A DNA stretch of 64,000 nt from Flaccisagitta enflata (GCA_965153355.1 OZ231126.1:38006001-38070000); one strand, 5' to 3'; counted from the first letter of the stretch, positions 42,801-57,690 are shown. Translations and numbers: made by a program. The notes: a model not told the origin generated them from the sequence alone.

Positions 42801-44301
42801 ATGGACTACTATGCCACAAAAAATTTGGGGATGGGGATGTCGTTTAATATGCATTACACCCCAAAAACAGCTTAAAAAATTCAAAAAATCACATTTTTTG
42901 CCATTTTAAACTAAAATTTTTGTGCTTAAAGCGTGACAGAATTGAATAAATTTTTGGAGGGACATCTGTCCTATCATGGATTACTATGCCACAAAAAATT
43001 TGGGGATGGGGATGTCGTTACACCCCAAAAATGTGACAAAAAATGCCAAAAAAGGCATTTTTTGCAGTTTTTTTGGTGCCTATTTTTTAGAGACTGTGAA
43101 ATCCAAAAATTTTGGTTGGTTATGCTGCAGGGACATATTCCACACCTATTTGCAACAATTTTTGCAACATATCGATTAAACATTACCTTTTTGAGACACT
43201 TGTAGCTAACCTTCAATAAAGACTTATCATTAAAATACCACAGAAACAGTGATTTTAGCTCGCCCTTTCCACTTTGAACTTGAATATCTCCAGAACGAAT
43301 TATCCAATTTACTTGAAATTTGAAACATAGTTACAGCAGATGTAGGTTGATAATCCCTCCAAAAATTAAGTTGATCGGATAACAGGAACAGTTTTTATTC
43401 AACCTAGAAAAATAGCCAATTTTAGCAATTTTTGAGAAAAAAATTTTTTTTTAAGGGGTGGCAGTGCCCAAATTTTTTTTGGAAGCCAAAAAATATCAAT
43501 TACTTTGTTTGTCTATGAAATTTCATGAAAAATGGTTAACAAAAAAAAATTTTATAAGAAAAAATGTTTTTTACCAAAAATTATCAAAATTTCAAAATCT
43601 CATAACTCCTTTAAAATTCAAATATGGGAGTTGAAATTTTGCATACACATGAAGAGTTCTCAGGACTACTTCCATGCCAAAAATTATTATGCTAAGCCAA
43701 TTATTTTAGAAAATATAGCAATTTTTCATTTTTTTGAAATTTTGGTTTTTTAAGTGCCATTCCCTTAAAAATTGGCCAAAAATATTTTTCAAAAAATGAA
43801 ATTTGTAGCTCTGGGTATTGACTACATGTAACATAAAAATAAAATTTTGAAACGAATTTTTTGGCCTACAATAGTGATTTTAAGAAATAAAAAATTTTTG
43901 ACAACCAAAAACAAAAAATGCCCGGAACAGCTCCAAACCCTTACGGGGGGTGGGGGTACTATAGGTGCACACCACAGAAAAATTTCAGATCTCATATCCT
44001 TGTAATTGGAGAGATATGGCTTCCCTCCTCATCACCAGTTCTTTGATTCCGGTACTGTATTTCACTGGAATATTTGCACTCAATCATTGCAGTATGAAAA
44101 GAGGTCAAGAGTCAATCCACTAAAGCACGAATTCCAATTCCACTGAAGCACAAAGTAGTGCTTCAGTGGAATTGGCCTTGACTGGCCTTATTTCCAGCTC
44201 AGAGTTCGTGATTCAGTGAATAGGCCCATTGGGCCATCTGTAAGTATGCTTTTAAAATTTTGTAAACTGGAGTACCAGTGCGAATTTTATTGCACACCCT
44301 G
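39817..44301. mobile_element. Older Tc1/mariner-type MITE hosting the foldback element
   Basis: GGGTGTGCAAAAAACTTCGC / GCGAATTTTATTGCACACCCTG, with shared internal palindromes CACTGAAGCAC...GTGCTTCAGTG. Confidence 0.6.
40465..44057. mobile_element. 3.6-kb near-perfect palindromic foldback element (Tc1/mariner-type ends) with an internal 175-bp satellite
   Basis: TA|CAGTACC...GGTACTG|TA. Mirror ORFs 40769-40990 and 43532-43753 are identical, and their coordinates sum to 84522, like the termini. Confidence 0.93.
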
Positions 44302-44991
44302 TTATATCATACATGTATGAGAAAAGATGTGAAGTTTAATTCGTCCTGCTTATTCCATGAAGAACAGCCAATTTTGTAACCATTCATTCATTCATTCATT
44401 CATTCATTCATTCATTCATTCTCTATTTCATGAGCACTTGTTTTTAAGACCAGATAAAAGAAATTATTGTACTACTAAATGGCTATTATTGATTTTTTCC
44501 ATTCAATACATCGGTGTATCTTCGTTATACACAGGTTCTTTGATGGTTTATGTCTGATTTTCTCTTCTTAGCAACAGAAAACAAGAAAAAACAAGTAACT
44601 CTTAATTCCCATTGATCTCTTTTCAGTCATTTTGAAGCCGAAGCAAAAACGGCAAGAATAAATGACTCTAATAAAATCACTAAAATAGTTTTTTTTATCA
44701 ATATTTCACTCCCAACATTTACTATGTGAAGCACCTAACTCTTTTTTTTTTCTATTGTTTTATCTTCTTGTTATCTTTATCTTTAGTTCGATTCTTTGTT
44801 TCACCGATTTTTTACCTTTGTTACGCTGTAAATGCGCACACCTCAGGTACATTTCCTTCTTTCCCTTCTCTCCTCTTCCTTTTCCCATTTCTCCATTTTT
44901 CCCATTGATATTAAGTTTCTATATCTATATTATCCCAAATTCACCAAGTTCAACGATGACCCCGCTTCCTACCACCCTTTGATCATTTCTA

Positions 44992-45117
<126 letters not shown>

Positions 45118-45653
45118 CGTCAAATCTTTCCTCATTTGACGATGTAATGTATCGATTTCTTGTCAATACTGCTCCATAATAAACGAGGCTGATTTCTTTT
45201 CCCTTCTTTCCCTCTCGGCGCACGCGACAAGAGGACACGGTGAATGACGCCAAATGCGCTGGTAGAATTATAGAAGCCGACACGGTGAAGGAAGGAAAGA
45301 CAATTGGCAGGCAAATTGGCTTTTTAACGTCATTTTCTTCTACCTCGCGTTTATTTATCGAATTATAGAGCCTTGAAGTGTGAACGGGTGAACATCTTGA
45401 CGATGTGTACGGCGCGAGAGGCTGCCGAACGCGAATGGATGTGGCTTGAACGATTCGGTCTGGCTGAATGTAAGGTACTTTGCATTGGTTTTGATGAATT
45501 TCTTTGTTTTTGTGTTGTTTTGTGTTTTTGTGTTTTTCTTTCTTGTTTTTCTTTTTTGTAATCGTGTGCTCCTGCTAGGTCTGTCACTGACTGTCCGTAT
45601 GTCTAACGGTCGATTGACATGTTCTCCTGTTCTAGTTACTCTCAGTTGTTTGT

Positions 45654-45757
<104 letters not shown>

Positions 45758-46060
45758 CATCCCACCTAATCCTTATTTATGAATGAAATGATTGCCGAGG
45801 AAAAAAGAGTGGGTTTCCTTTCCAACTCGCGACTTGGCTTCGGTAGTCACATAAATTCATCTTTGAACACGTTAAAGATTGTTCTTTTGTCGTCGGTGAT
45901 AAAAAATTATGATTCTACGGTCGTCAGAGGTCGTCGCACGTTAGAGAAAACAAAATATCAGTGGATCAATGGCTAACGCCAGTCTTGATTCCTTATTCCT
46001 TATTTTTTCAATTATTTTCATATCCTTTTATTTAATTTTCATTTTTTGTATGTAATAGAA

Positions 46061-46161
<101 letters not shown>

Positions 46162-46169
46162 TGGCGGGC

Positions 46170-46226
<57 letters not shown>

Positions 46227-46239
46227 CGGGCGGGCGGGC

Positions 46240-46348
<109 letters not shown>

Positions 46349-48038
46349 CGTGTGTGCGTGCCTTTGTGTGTGTGTGTGCGTGTACGTGTGTGTGTGTGTG
46401 TGTGTGTGTGCGTACGTGTGTGTGCGTACGTGTGTGTGTTGGTGTATGTCTGTTTGTGTCACAGCCTGTATGTCTGTATGTGTCTATGCGTTGATTTGAT
46501 TGTATTAGCATGATCTGAAAATTCATATTTTTTCCTACACATCCTAAAATTTTACGCTTCTAACTCACTTTGAAACAGCGTGACATCAGTGTGACAGATT
46601 ATGGACGTAACCCTTCCTTGCTGTCCGCACATTCTCTAAAGCAACCTAAAAACAAATAAAAGCGCATTTGAAAAAAATGTCTGGTTTGATTTTTCTAATT
46701 TTGTGAATAAGATGAGTGGGAGTTAATTCATTTTATGCAGATCAACAATTGACAACTCAAATACACAAAACAGGCAATTTGTACGTCTCAATCATGCGGG
46801 TATAATTACAGAGGATTATTATAAAATGGATTTAAAATGTAAATTGGCTGCATATAATTTCGTGAGATTTCTTCAAATATGTAACGAGGGCAAATTGATT
46901 TTCATTTAAAGAAAGAGGAAATCCCGATCAGTGACATTGAGTATTATAATCCCAAGGTAAGGAAAAGCTACTGAATAACCAACCTATGAGATAAATCATC
47001 ACTGATATGGTTGGCCACGTTGTCATGGACTTGTCGTCACAGCGATAGAATAGTAAAATACATGATCATAGTTCGTAGACAGTCAAAATGGATGAAAATG
47101 CTTAATATAGAGAGGACGCTTTAGGGTACGAGAAAGAGGGAAAAGGAAGACGGGGGAATTCTATGGTCTTTGGCTGGCTTCACCGTTGCGATTTGTTATA
47201 CCAGTGGTAACCCATGATTTGACCCCAATCTGACCCAGTTTTTACCGATCACGCTTTCGCCGATAAGAAAGTAAAACAACAACAATGAATGCAGAAGCTT
47301 GGATCTTTAAAAAGAACGATACCCCTACCCCTCACCCACCCCCTTCCCCACCCACCCCCACCTCCCCCCCCAAACAAAGATGACACCAATTGCTTTTATG
47401 AGGCGATTCTTTCTGTTTTTCTCATAGATGCTTCAAATCAAGGAAATTTCACTTGAAGATACAATTGTTGCTGCAACTTACACTCACCGAAAAAGTTTTT
47501 TTGTTTTTTGCATCAGACTCGTTGTGGGCACTAGTTTGGGGGAGAGGGAAAGATGAGAGGATGGGAAGGGAGGGGGAAGAGGGGAGAGGGGAAAGGGGAG
47601 AGGGGAAAGGACGTAGAAAAAAGTTCATGAGGAAAAGGGAGGGGGAAGATGGCGGTAAGCAAAAAAGGGACGAAATGAAAAAAACAATATTTCACATGAT
47701 TTAGTTTCATTCGTAACATGAATCGACAACTCATGTCATCTTCTTTTGCCGCAGTTGATAGAAATTTTTGAAATGTCACTTGGGGAGGATGTGAGGAAGG
47801 AACACTTCAGCAAATGTTTGTAATGAGGGGTTTCATGAACGTTGTCTAATAAATTTGTGAGAGAGATTCAATTCAATACTTCCGGTGAAGATGATGTCAA
47901 TACGAGGACAATGTGGCGCGATTCAACGGAAACAACAATTAAAAAAACACAATCGCGTGTGGTAGTAAATGTTGGTTTGACAAGCATGGATCGCGAATGA
48001 AAAAAAACAACCTTAATCCAAATGGTTGTACAAGAAAC

Positions 48039-48159
<121 letters not shown>

Positions 48160-49626
48160 CAACAATTTCCCCGATGATGGCATTCCTCCAAATCTTTGAG
48201 AGTCGCGAATGACGGTGGTTCCTCCTATTCCTTGGAGATGGAGGGGAGTGGCTGTATAGAGTAGTGGTGAAGGGGGATGAGCAGAAAGGGAAGGTGGGGG
48301 AGGCGGAAGAGGAGGAGGAAGAGGATGGGGTATAGGAGGATGAAAATAAAGAAAGAAAATGGGGATTTTCTTCATCATTTTTCGTCTTTGATCTTTTCTA
48401 TTTTCTCGATTTGCGCCACGGGCATTAAGAAGAGATTTTTTTCTCAAACAATCTCAACAAAATCAAGAAATATTGTCTTTTTTTTTATTCTCCTTCTAAC
48501 TCTCTTTTTCATTTCACGTTTTTGCATGGTTGCGTTTCTTCCTCTATGACTTTCCTTATCATTTATCTCATCTTTCTCAAAGTTTTAACTATCTTCCGAA
48601 CACTAAAAATATTATTGCAGAATATCAATTCATCAATGAAAGACGTAGACATTGAGATTACATTTGTTCGTGTGCATCTGTGACTGCTGCGTGCCACATG
48701 TCTCTCCATCTTTTCCCCTTAATTATTAATCTTCAATGGTACATCAACTATGTACCAGTAATGGCGGCTTTCGCCGTGAGGAAAAAAGTCGTAAGCAGTG
48801 GTCAATTTTCATCATGCTTTCATTTTCAGTCATTGAAATCTTTCTTTTTATTAGATCGAATCAAAAGCAATTGTATGTATTGATTGCATTGAAAATCAGA
48901 ACTGAGCCAAATGAGCTAGATGAGCAAAAATATTCAAAATAATTCAATCAGACAATCAGCTTTGCTCACTGATATGCTTCCTTGTACTTGCATGCTTAAA
49001 TTAAAACATTAATTTATCTATCCTATTCAAAATCAGAGAAAAAGAGCAAGCTAAATGAGCTAAATGAGCTCGAATACTTAAAAATGCTGGCACAGATGAG
49101 CAGCTCTGCTCACTGACTTGTTTTTTAATTGCATGCTTAAGCAAGTATAAAAATATTTAGTCATTTATCATATTCGAAATCAGAAAGAATAGACTGAGCT
49201 AAGTGAGCTAAATGAGCTAAAATGCTCAAAAACGCCATCACAGATGAGCATCTGTGCTCATAAACATGTCTTTTTGTATTTGCATGCTCACATAAACATA
49301 AATACACTCCTTTATTGATCCTACACAAAATCGTAAAAAATAAAAAAAATTTTATTCAAATTTTTTATAAATAAATCTTTAAAAAATCATAGCGCGAAAA
49401 ATATTTGTCGTAGAGCATTCTGCTTGGCGCCAAATGAAAGAGAATTATCAAATTTACTTACCCTACCAAATTCGTCCGAGGGTGCAATCGGTCGGTGGAG
49501 ATGCCCAACTTTCCCATAAGAAAATGAAAACCCTGTTTCTCTCGAATATGTCAAAAAGTCGAAGACTGACTTCGACTTTTTTCCCGATTATCAATCATTA
49601 TATTAAATTTTCTTGGATAACTTTTT

Positions 49627-49812
49627 AGTCGCGTGCACGCGACTCTACAACCCGCTTTGTCCGTCGGTCGGTCGGTCGGTTGGTCACACTTTACTTTTTT
49701 TTATGATTTTATTTCTTTGACATTACTGCTCCTGCCCAAATGGTCTGGTGACCTCAAATATGGCCCCAGCCCACCCGCACGCGACTTCGGTAGCCGTGTA
49801 TCCGGCCTTGTT
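49627..49812 (+). mobile_element. HINE family A, cleanest copy
   Basis: AGTCGCGTGCACGCGACT ... CCGCACGCGACTTCGGTAGCCGTGTATCCGGCCTTGTT. Confidence 0.88.
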
Positions 49813-50187
49813 TCTATACCATTTTCACTTTTTCCCAAATCCCCTTCCCCATCTTACGAAAGTTACAAATCTTCTTTTATCTCCGTTTCATCCTTTTCCT
49901 AGACCCCTTGTACTTATCACATGATACGATCTGGACAAGACTTCTCTAATTTGTCTTTTATATAAGTCGGACGTCTATTCTATCATTTTTTACTAGACCT
50001 GAACGTTCATATACACCATATCACGCGCGAATATAGTAACAGTGTTTCTCACTTTGATATTACCAGTCAGATTTTCTTGATTTTTAACCCACACCATCTT
50101 GCCATGCGGATTCTCTTCCCATCCCTCCCCTCTCCCCCCCCCCTTTTGTCCTCGCTTTCTCGCTTCCTCCCTCCTACCTCGGCTCAT

Positions 50188-50377
50188 TCACGGCGCGAGG
50201 GGTTTTTCGTCGTTGTTTCCGTTGTTGCCGTTCTCCACCACATCCGGTTTGCTGGAGCCCAGGAAGTAGCAATAAGAGTTTCCATCTTCCAACTGCTTCA
50301 TATTCTTCAGTTCGGAATCTTTGGAACTCGTCGTTGAATCTTTCTCGTGAGACAGAGATTTCTCTTTCACGTTGTAT
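50188..50377 (-). CDS. Terminal coding exon, cytoplasmic tail (YNVKEKSLSHEKDS...DEKPLAP*)
   Basis: Strong acceptor tcttttccccag|A. Phase 2 joins the TM exon to give ...HLKRYNVKEK, ending at TGA 50188. Confidence 0.7.
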
Positions 50378-51579
50378 CTGGGGAAAAGACAAAAGGAGAC
50401 GTTAAGAAACAAAACATATCACTCATAAGAGGACGGGAAGAAAAACAAAGAGACAGACAGACAGACAGAAGGCAGGGCCCGCTCTTGGCGCGTGAAGTTT
50501 CTAGCGTGTCACGGAAAACGACAGGGACAGACACCACCTTGTAGAAAGACAGAAACACAGGCTGACAAAATGACTAATATAATTATAAAGAACTATCGTG
50601 ACCAACAAATGAGAGATAGGTAGAGAGATAGACCAACAGCTACAGAAACCAACAGAATGATAGACCAAAAGACAGACACAGAAACAGATGAGCAGTCCGA
50701 AAATGAGCAGTCAAAAAAAAAAAAAAGCAGTCGGAAATTGAATGTCAAAAACAGACACTCGCATGTGGAGGGAGACAGACATGAATGCAGGTCCAACGAC
50801 AAACGGATAAACGAAAGGAGACGCAGTGCAACAAGAAATATTTAATGCGTAAACGCAGACTCAGACACATATGCAGACTGAACTATGAATAAAATATGAA
50901 GGGAAAGAATGAAAGTGGGAGATCAGGTGTTGGTATTGCGTTATTGATAAAAACGCGACAGATGCGTCCTCGCAGTCCGATACATTTCACTCGGCCGATA
51001 GCACATCGAATCTATTCTATACGTTGCCCGCAGCCTGTACGTCCGTTTTCATTTTCATGACACGGTCTGGTTGGCTGCGCTCTCTCTCTCTTTGAATATG
51101 TTCGCTTTTCTGTCCTTGGCTCTTGTCTCTCAGTTAGTCTACCAGCTTGCTCAAAAATATCGTCTCAGTAAAACAAAATTATTGTTTATTGTTGTTATTT
51201 CTTATAAAAAGTTATACATTTCTGCACAAATTTTTAGTATAGGCTCTTATGGTACCATATACCCTTTGTATTCAATTGGGAAGACATAGATGAAGAATTC
51301 ATACACAATTTTGTAGAATCAATTCTTCAAACTTTCTAGAAGTTTTTTCTTTTATCACGTTCTTACCTAAGTATATTCATTCTAAAATAAAATTCAAATT
51401 GTTTGTACTAGAAAAGTCTGCTTGGCGGCATTAGACAGATCTTTCAAAGCTCTTTCCAATGGTCACCGATTTTCATATGATTTTATAATGATAAGCTTAG
51501 AAAAAGTGAAAATGAACAGGTCAATATTCTCTCCTCATTTTTTGAATATTTTTCGCTCTTTATAGACAAGAACGTTTTT

Positions 51580-51736
51580 AGTTGCGGACACGCAACTCTA
51601 TAAGAGGCTTTATCCGTCCGTCCGTCCCTTAGTCCGTCACGCTCGAGTTGTCACGCTCGAGTTGAAAAGTGGGAAAACGCGCATTTCCGCCCCTGCCCAC
51701 CTGTCCGCAACTGGTGGCCGTGTATCCGGCCTTGTT
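51580..51736 (+). mobile_element. HINE family A variant (AGTTGCGGAC)
   Basis: Covariant termini AGTTGCGGAC / GTCCGCAACT. Confidence 0.85.
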
Positions 51737-53184
51737 ACTCTTTTAGCTCTAAAATCTAAATGAATCGAGCTACTGAGCTCTGCTTGGTAGCATTTTGAAG
51801 ATTTTTTTTTGCTTTTTCTAATGGTCATTGATTTCAATGTGTTTTTTACAGTTGTTTTGTCACAAATTAGCCTTAATGGTGAGACGATATTTTTGAGCAA
51901 GATGGTATTAGTCTTTCTGTCCGTTAGTTTGTCCGGTTGTAACCGTTACTAATAACATGGACCTCTCTCTAGCTTTCTCTCTCTCTCAGACACACGAGCA
52001 GACAGAAAGAGAAATAGACAGACAAATCGACAAACAGTTACAGAGACTACAGTATAAAACGGTAAGTCACAGCGCAAACGAAGGCGAAATTAGACAACCA
52101 TGCATATTCATAACCTGCTTTACTTTTGAATTGTAATAGATTAAAGTATATTTTGTTTTTTTAGTTTTATTATTCACATACACTATGCTTAGAAATGACA
52201 AGGCCGGATACACGGCAACCATAGTGGCATGTCGGAGGCAGGGGCAGTGCTGGAGGTCACTAGAGCATTTAGGCAGGAACAGCTCTGAAAGCTCAGAAAC
52301 GGCGGAAAAGTAAAATGGGGACATGGCAGGGTGTAGAGTCGTGTAACACACAACTAAAAACAAAATCAAGAAACTGGATATCGCATTGATTTGAGACAAA
52401 AACAATCACTTATTTGCAAGAATTCCCTGGAAATACACTTGCAAGAATTTAGGAAGCAGTTGCGTGGAATTGTAAGACTATGTCAAGATGCAAATTTTTG
52501 CAATTCTAAGAACATGGCCAAATTCTTTTATGTTTTTAAAATGAGGCTATGTTTTTAGAAATGCAAACTTTATCAGATTAGAAGCCGACTCAGAATTTCA
52601 CCCAAGATAACTCCGATTGCAAAATCAAATTTTTTTAAAAAATTGACAATTTTTGCATCATCTTTTTTATTTTTCTTACATTTAAGTGAGATATCAATTA
52701 TCTTTGGTGCAAAATCATTATTAATAAAGATGAATAAACCTATTTTTAGTTTAAAAAATCATCATTTGATGATATTAAAAATTGACTAAAAAATGTGTTG
52801 ACTCATTAAATTTTGTCTTCGTTTGCACTGTGACGTAAACAGAGTATCGAAATTCTTTACCTATCATGCACATCAAAGATTAAAATTACGATCCAAAATC
52901 GAATAAATTATCCACATTCAATCAAGCGAACATCCTAGCATTCTTACTAGAACGCCTTTACAGATATCGGAATAACGTAAATCGCAAAAACGATGAGCCG
53001 GCTCTTGTGCGTTAATGGGAGGTGAGTCGGCTGGCGTCTGTCTTTCTGTCTTAAGTGACCAAACCACTGAGTCACGTATCCCCGTTTTTTCCAATGTCCA
53101 TTTGAGTGCGTCTGTCCATTTCAATGTTTGACCTGACTTTGAGTGTTCTGACATGTCTCCCGTTGTCCGTCTTGCTCGTCCTCT

Positions 53185-53297
<113 letters not shown>

Positions 53298-53336
53298 CTC
53301 TACACTCAATACATACTTTCTAGTGCATCTACAAAC

Positions 53337-53698
53337 CTCTTCAAGTGCCTTTTCCTTCTGACTGCGAATATGCAAATGAGGATGAGGACTATGAGGATGA
53401 GGAGACCAATTGCGATGCAGATTCCCACGATGGCGTCGTTGCCTTTCTCAGCGTCTGTCACGCGTCCTTCCACTTCCGGAAAAGTTTCGCCGTTGGTGTG
53501 AATGCGGCCGTCGTGATCGTCAACGTCGCCGTTGTTGTTGTTGTCATCGTCGTCGTCGTTATCGTCAACTTTGCCGTCATGTCGTCGACGATCGTCGTTT
53601 CCGGTCCCGGTTTCAATGACGTTTTCATGATCTCCCAGATTGTTTTCATCGGCGCCGAAGTCTTCTACCTCGTCCACAACCACGACATTCACAGAGTT
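53337..53698 (-). CDS. Exon with acidic juxtamembrane region, single TM helix (AIVGICIAIGLLILIVLILICIFAV) and basic stop-transfer RRKRHLKR
   Basis: Acceptor aaatttag|AAC (phase 0) and donor AG|gtttgt (phase 2). Clear 25-aa hydrophobic helix followed by a positive-inside cluster. Confidence 0.85.
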
Positions 53699-53709
53699 CT
53701 AAATTTATT

Positions 53710-53810
<101 letters not shown>

Positions 53811-54191
53811 ATGTTTGTGCACGTATGAGCGCGTGCGCGTGTGCGTTTGCGTGTGTGAGCGCATACAAAGAAAGCGGAGAAAAACGTAGATTGAATAAGG
53901 TAAGGAAAAAAAGTCAAGATCTTACATTAATGATATTCGATTTATTCGATTCATACGTGATCGTATTTCATCGACGTTTTTTTCCTTTAGAATCGTGAAT
54001 CTTTTCTTAAAATCAGAAAGAAAAATGTCAGAAAGAGTCGAGGAAGATAGAAAATGAAGATGATAACGAAATGGAAACGGAGGCGTACAAGCAAGCTTGG
54101 TAGAAAGCAGGAAACTACCTCACTTTACAAAATATTTAGTCCAACAAAAGTTGCTATGAAAGCTGAAACCATTTTCTGTGCTTCCTTTTTT

Positions 54192-54391
54192 AGTCGCATG
54201 CTACGCGACTCTACACCCCGCTATGTCGGTTGGTCGGTAGGTCGGTTGGTCGATTGGTCGGTTGGTCCCCTTTTTACTTTTTCGGCGTTTTTTTGAGCAT
54301 ACGGCTCCTGCCCCGATGCCCTAGTGACCTTCTCCAGCACTGCTCCTGCCAACTCGCACGCGACTAGGGTAGCCGTGTATCCGGCCTTGTT
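54192..54391 (+). mobile_element. HINE family A
   Basis: Canonical termini. Confidence 0.85.
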
Positions 54392-54544
54392 TTCATTCGT
54401 TTGTCTTTTATCATAATCATCATCATTATCCTTTCTTTTTGCTACGTATGTATGTATACGGCGATGTCTGGACGCTGACGGTCAGATCAAAAAATTGTAA
54501 GTCGGATGGTTCCATGGATCAGAATGTCGCCACGCGATCTTTTT

Positions 54545-54893
54545 GGCGCCAGACGTTGTATCCAGCACCAGACGTTGTATCCAGCGCCGGACGTTAGATC
54601 CGGCGCCAGATGTTGAATCCGGCCCCAGATGTTGAAACTGGTGCCCGATCTTGATTCCGGCATCAAATGTTGGATCCGGCGCCAGATGTTAAATCTGGCC
54701 CCAGATGATAAATCCCACGCCGGATGCTGATTCCGGCGCCAGATGTTGAATCAGGCCCCAGATGTTGAATCCGGCGCCAGATGTTGAATCAGGCCCCAGA
54801 TGTTGTATCCGGCATCAGATGTTGAATCCGGCGCCAGATGTTGAATGCAGCGCCAGATGTTGAATCCGGCGCCAGATGTTGAATCCGGCGCCA
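54545..54893. repeat. 19-bp minisatellite GGCGCCAGATGTTGAATCC, about 18 copies, probably inside a small TIR element (~54457-54954)
   Basis: Tandem units flanked by ACGGCGA / TCGCCGT. Confidence 0.85.
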
Positions 54894-55187
54894 CGAATCA
54901 AACGTGACTTAGTGACTCCTGAGAAAATCTCTGGCTTAAAAAGATGTCGCCGTGAGTGAAAATCCTTACCAAACAAAAAAATCCCAATGTTCATAAAATG
55001 AAAAAGGAGTAAAGAAATGAAAAACCATTTATTTTAGGAAAAGGAGAAAAAGATAATTCATCGCCGAAAAAAGAAGGGAAAATGATGATGTTAGAAGAAC
55101 GTACTCTCACCCCAAACAATCGCGAGGATTACGCGTGAAGAGCCGCTTTTCTGTCTAGATCATACCTTCTTTTTTTTTCTAATTATT

Positions 55188-55267
<80 letters not shown>

Positions 55268-55302
55268 GCTCACTTGCTTGCCTGCCTTCTTGCTTTCTTC
55301 TT

Positions 55303-56439
55303 AGTCGAGTGCAAGGGACTCTACAACCCGCTTTGTCCGTCCGTCCGTCCGTCCGTCCGTCCGTCCGTCCGTCCGTCCGTCACGCTTTACTCTTTTTATC
55401 ACTTTTATTTCTTCACGTCAATTTTAACCATTTTAAGTCATTCTAAGTCATTTTAAGTCATTTAAAGTCATCTCAAGTCATTCTGAGTTATTCTAAGTCA
55501 TTCTAAGTCATTTTAGGTCATTGTCATTTTAGTCAATATAGTCCTTCACATCATTTTAAGTCATTCTAAGTCATTCTGAGTCATTTTAAGTCATTTCAAG
55601 TTTTTCTAAGTCATTTTAAGTCATTCTTTTTCATTTTAAGTCATTCTAAGTCATTATTGTTATTTTAGATCAATATAGTCATTTCACTATCTAGAACATA
55701 TGTATATCGACAGGCATTTAAAGCAATAACTCTATGAAGAATAAGAAAATTACATAAAAATCAGTGAGATTCTGACTGAAACTACTGTACTTCGAATTTC
55801 TGACCAAATGCCGCAAATCGCATCCTTTTAGCTCAAGCCATTTAGAAATGACAAGCAAAACAAGATTGATACTCCAATCAAAAAATATGAAAAAAAAATG
55901 CATCTAGTTTCTTTACAAGTTACTAATTCTCTTTTCAGATAGATTGGAGGTTTTTTCACCCTATTTTTGGTCCTCATTACTGCGCCTAACACCTTTGTTG
56001 CATTTTCTTGGTTGATATCAACCTCTCTGAGTCATTAGGATTGCAACTGAAGCAAAAGGGAGAACATAGCATACACTTAGGAGTTTTTTTAAATAAAATT
56101 CTATGAGGGAGAGTTATCATGCATGGCGTGATCTTTTACCACACCTTTCAAGAGTGTGAACATTTTCAGTCCTGCTCCAGACGTTGTTCCCTCTTTGATC
56201 TGTTGAACTTCAAAGAGTCACAATTGCGCTCTTATAAACCGGCAACCAAACAAATCTGACAGGCACCACTCATAATATGCGGCATTCAATCAGAAATTTG
56301 CTTTAGTTTCTGAATCTCAGAGATTTTTTTATAAAAAGAATTATTAGAAGTAGAGATATTGCTCTATAAGTGAGGTGACAAACATATGATCTAGACAGTA
56401 TTTATGTCCCGCACGCGACTTATAGATGTTGGCCTTGTT
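55303..56439 (+). mobile_element. HINE family A containing a CACT-ended MITE (55685-56400)
   Basis: HINE termini; inner IR CACTATCTAGAACATATGT / ACATATGATCTAGACAGTA flanked by TTT. Confidence 0.75.
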
Positions 56440-56500
56440 TTCTTTCTTTCCAACTTTATGTAAATCTGTCTCTCAGTCTCTGGTCGTCTCTTATATTTTT

Positions 56501-56633
56501 AGGTGCGACAAAGCACCTCTATAACTGGCTGTGTCCGTTGGTCTGTCGGTCTGTCTGTCTGTCTGTCTGTCGGTCGGTAACGCATTCGTTCGACGATCCA
56601 CACGTCGCACCTATTGGCCTACTTGGCCTTGTT
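56501..56633 (+). mobile_element. HINE family A variant (AGGTGCGAC)
   Basis: AGGTGCGACAAAGCACCT ... GTCGCACCTATTGGCCTACTTGGCCTTGTT; an inverted sister copy lies at ~18210-18328. Confidence 0.85.
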
Positions 56634-57537
56634 CTTTAGCAGTAGCGCCTTTACCTGCACTTTCTACGTCCATTACAAAGAATATGGTTGAGACAAAACT
56701 TGTCCATTAATGATCATGTTATGAGCGGATTATGTTTTCCATTAATGAAAAATGAAAGAGAGCAGTAAATACAGAGGATAATAAAAGATATGGAAGTGCT
56801 TCAAAAACTCATTTGAGGTTGGAAGTTCAGGCTTTCTAAACGACAATAAAGATACCGGGTGTTCAACTGAAAGAAACATCTCGCTTTTTCTGTCGTAAAT
56901 ATTCCACTAAATTTAGCCCCACTTTTGAAGCTAAATCCTTTTCCTTTCTAGGTTGTATTTTGTAACAGGAATGTAAAAAATGTTTCAGCATTGATTTGCG
57001 CAAATATCTATACTTTTCTCAAGGTTAGTGAAGCTTATTTTTTAATGACGGATATAATTTGAACCTTGCAACTGGGCACCACTTCTTTGTTATTGTTGTT
57101 TCCAAGAATTTACGACTGTTTTTCTCTGATGAAATAAGTAACTATTGCATCAGTTCAAAATCAGACCCTTAATTGTTCAGAGAATTTTGAATCATTCCTG
57201 AATTTGACAAAACCAAAAATCTTTGAAACTGACTTTCCTGCTGGCTTTCTCTTCTATCTTTCAAATTTTCGTGAGTCTCGTCAGTGATAACTGTATATGT
57301 TCTCCCAAAAACGAGTTTAATATTTTGGAAAGAAAATTTGACCAGAAACGCGCCGATCTCAATGTCCTCCAATTATTTGAAAGGAAATATAAAAAAAGCA
57401 AGTTATTACGTTATTTATCGAGTACCCGGTAACAGAAATTGCGTCGTTCTTTTTTTTTTCCTGTTGAGAGGAAGAAAGAAAAAAAGCTACAGACGTAGAA
57501 TCCACATCAAGTCATAAATCAAAATTCACATAATCAC

Positions 57538-57655
57538 CTCCTTAGTTTCTTCATCCTCATCATCATCCCCGACGACTAAGACGGCGTCTTCCTTACTCGT
57601 AGACGGGATTAAAGTCGAAGGCAGGTAAGGCAAAAAGTGATCTCCAGAAGCATTC
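57538..57655 (-). CDS. Exon of the same gene (NASGDHFLPYLPSTLIPSTSKEDAVLVVGDDDEDEETKE)
   Basis: Acceptor ctcacccgcag|G and donor GAG|gtgatt. 118 nt, phase 2 in and phase 0 out, compatible with both neighbours. Confidence 0.7.
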
Positions 57656-57690
57656 CTGCGGGTGAGAATTGATAACCTTATCAACATCTT

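Noticed and set aside
41496-43020. Regularly repeated ORFs or a CRISPR-like periodic array
   Set aside because: Full-length 175-bp tandem units with no unique spacers and no cas genes, in a eukaryotic context.
54545-54893. Possible CRISPR or coding repeat (also 63005-63350 and 22965-23300)
   Set aside because: Contiguous 19-, 13- and 20-bp units without spacers; unit lengths are not multiples of three.
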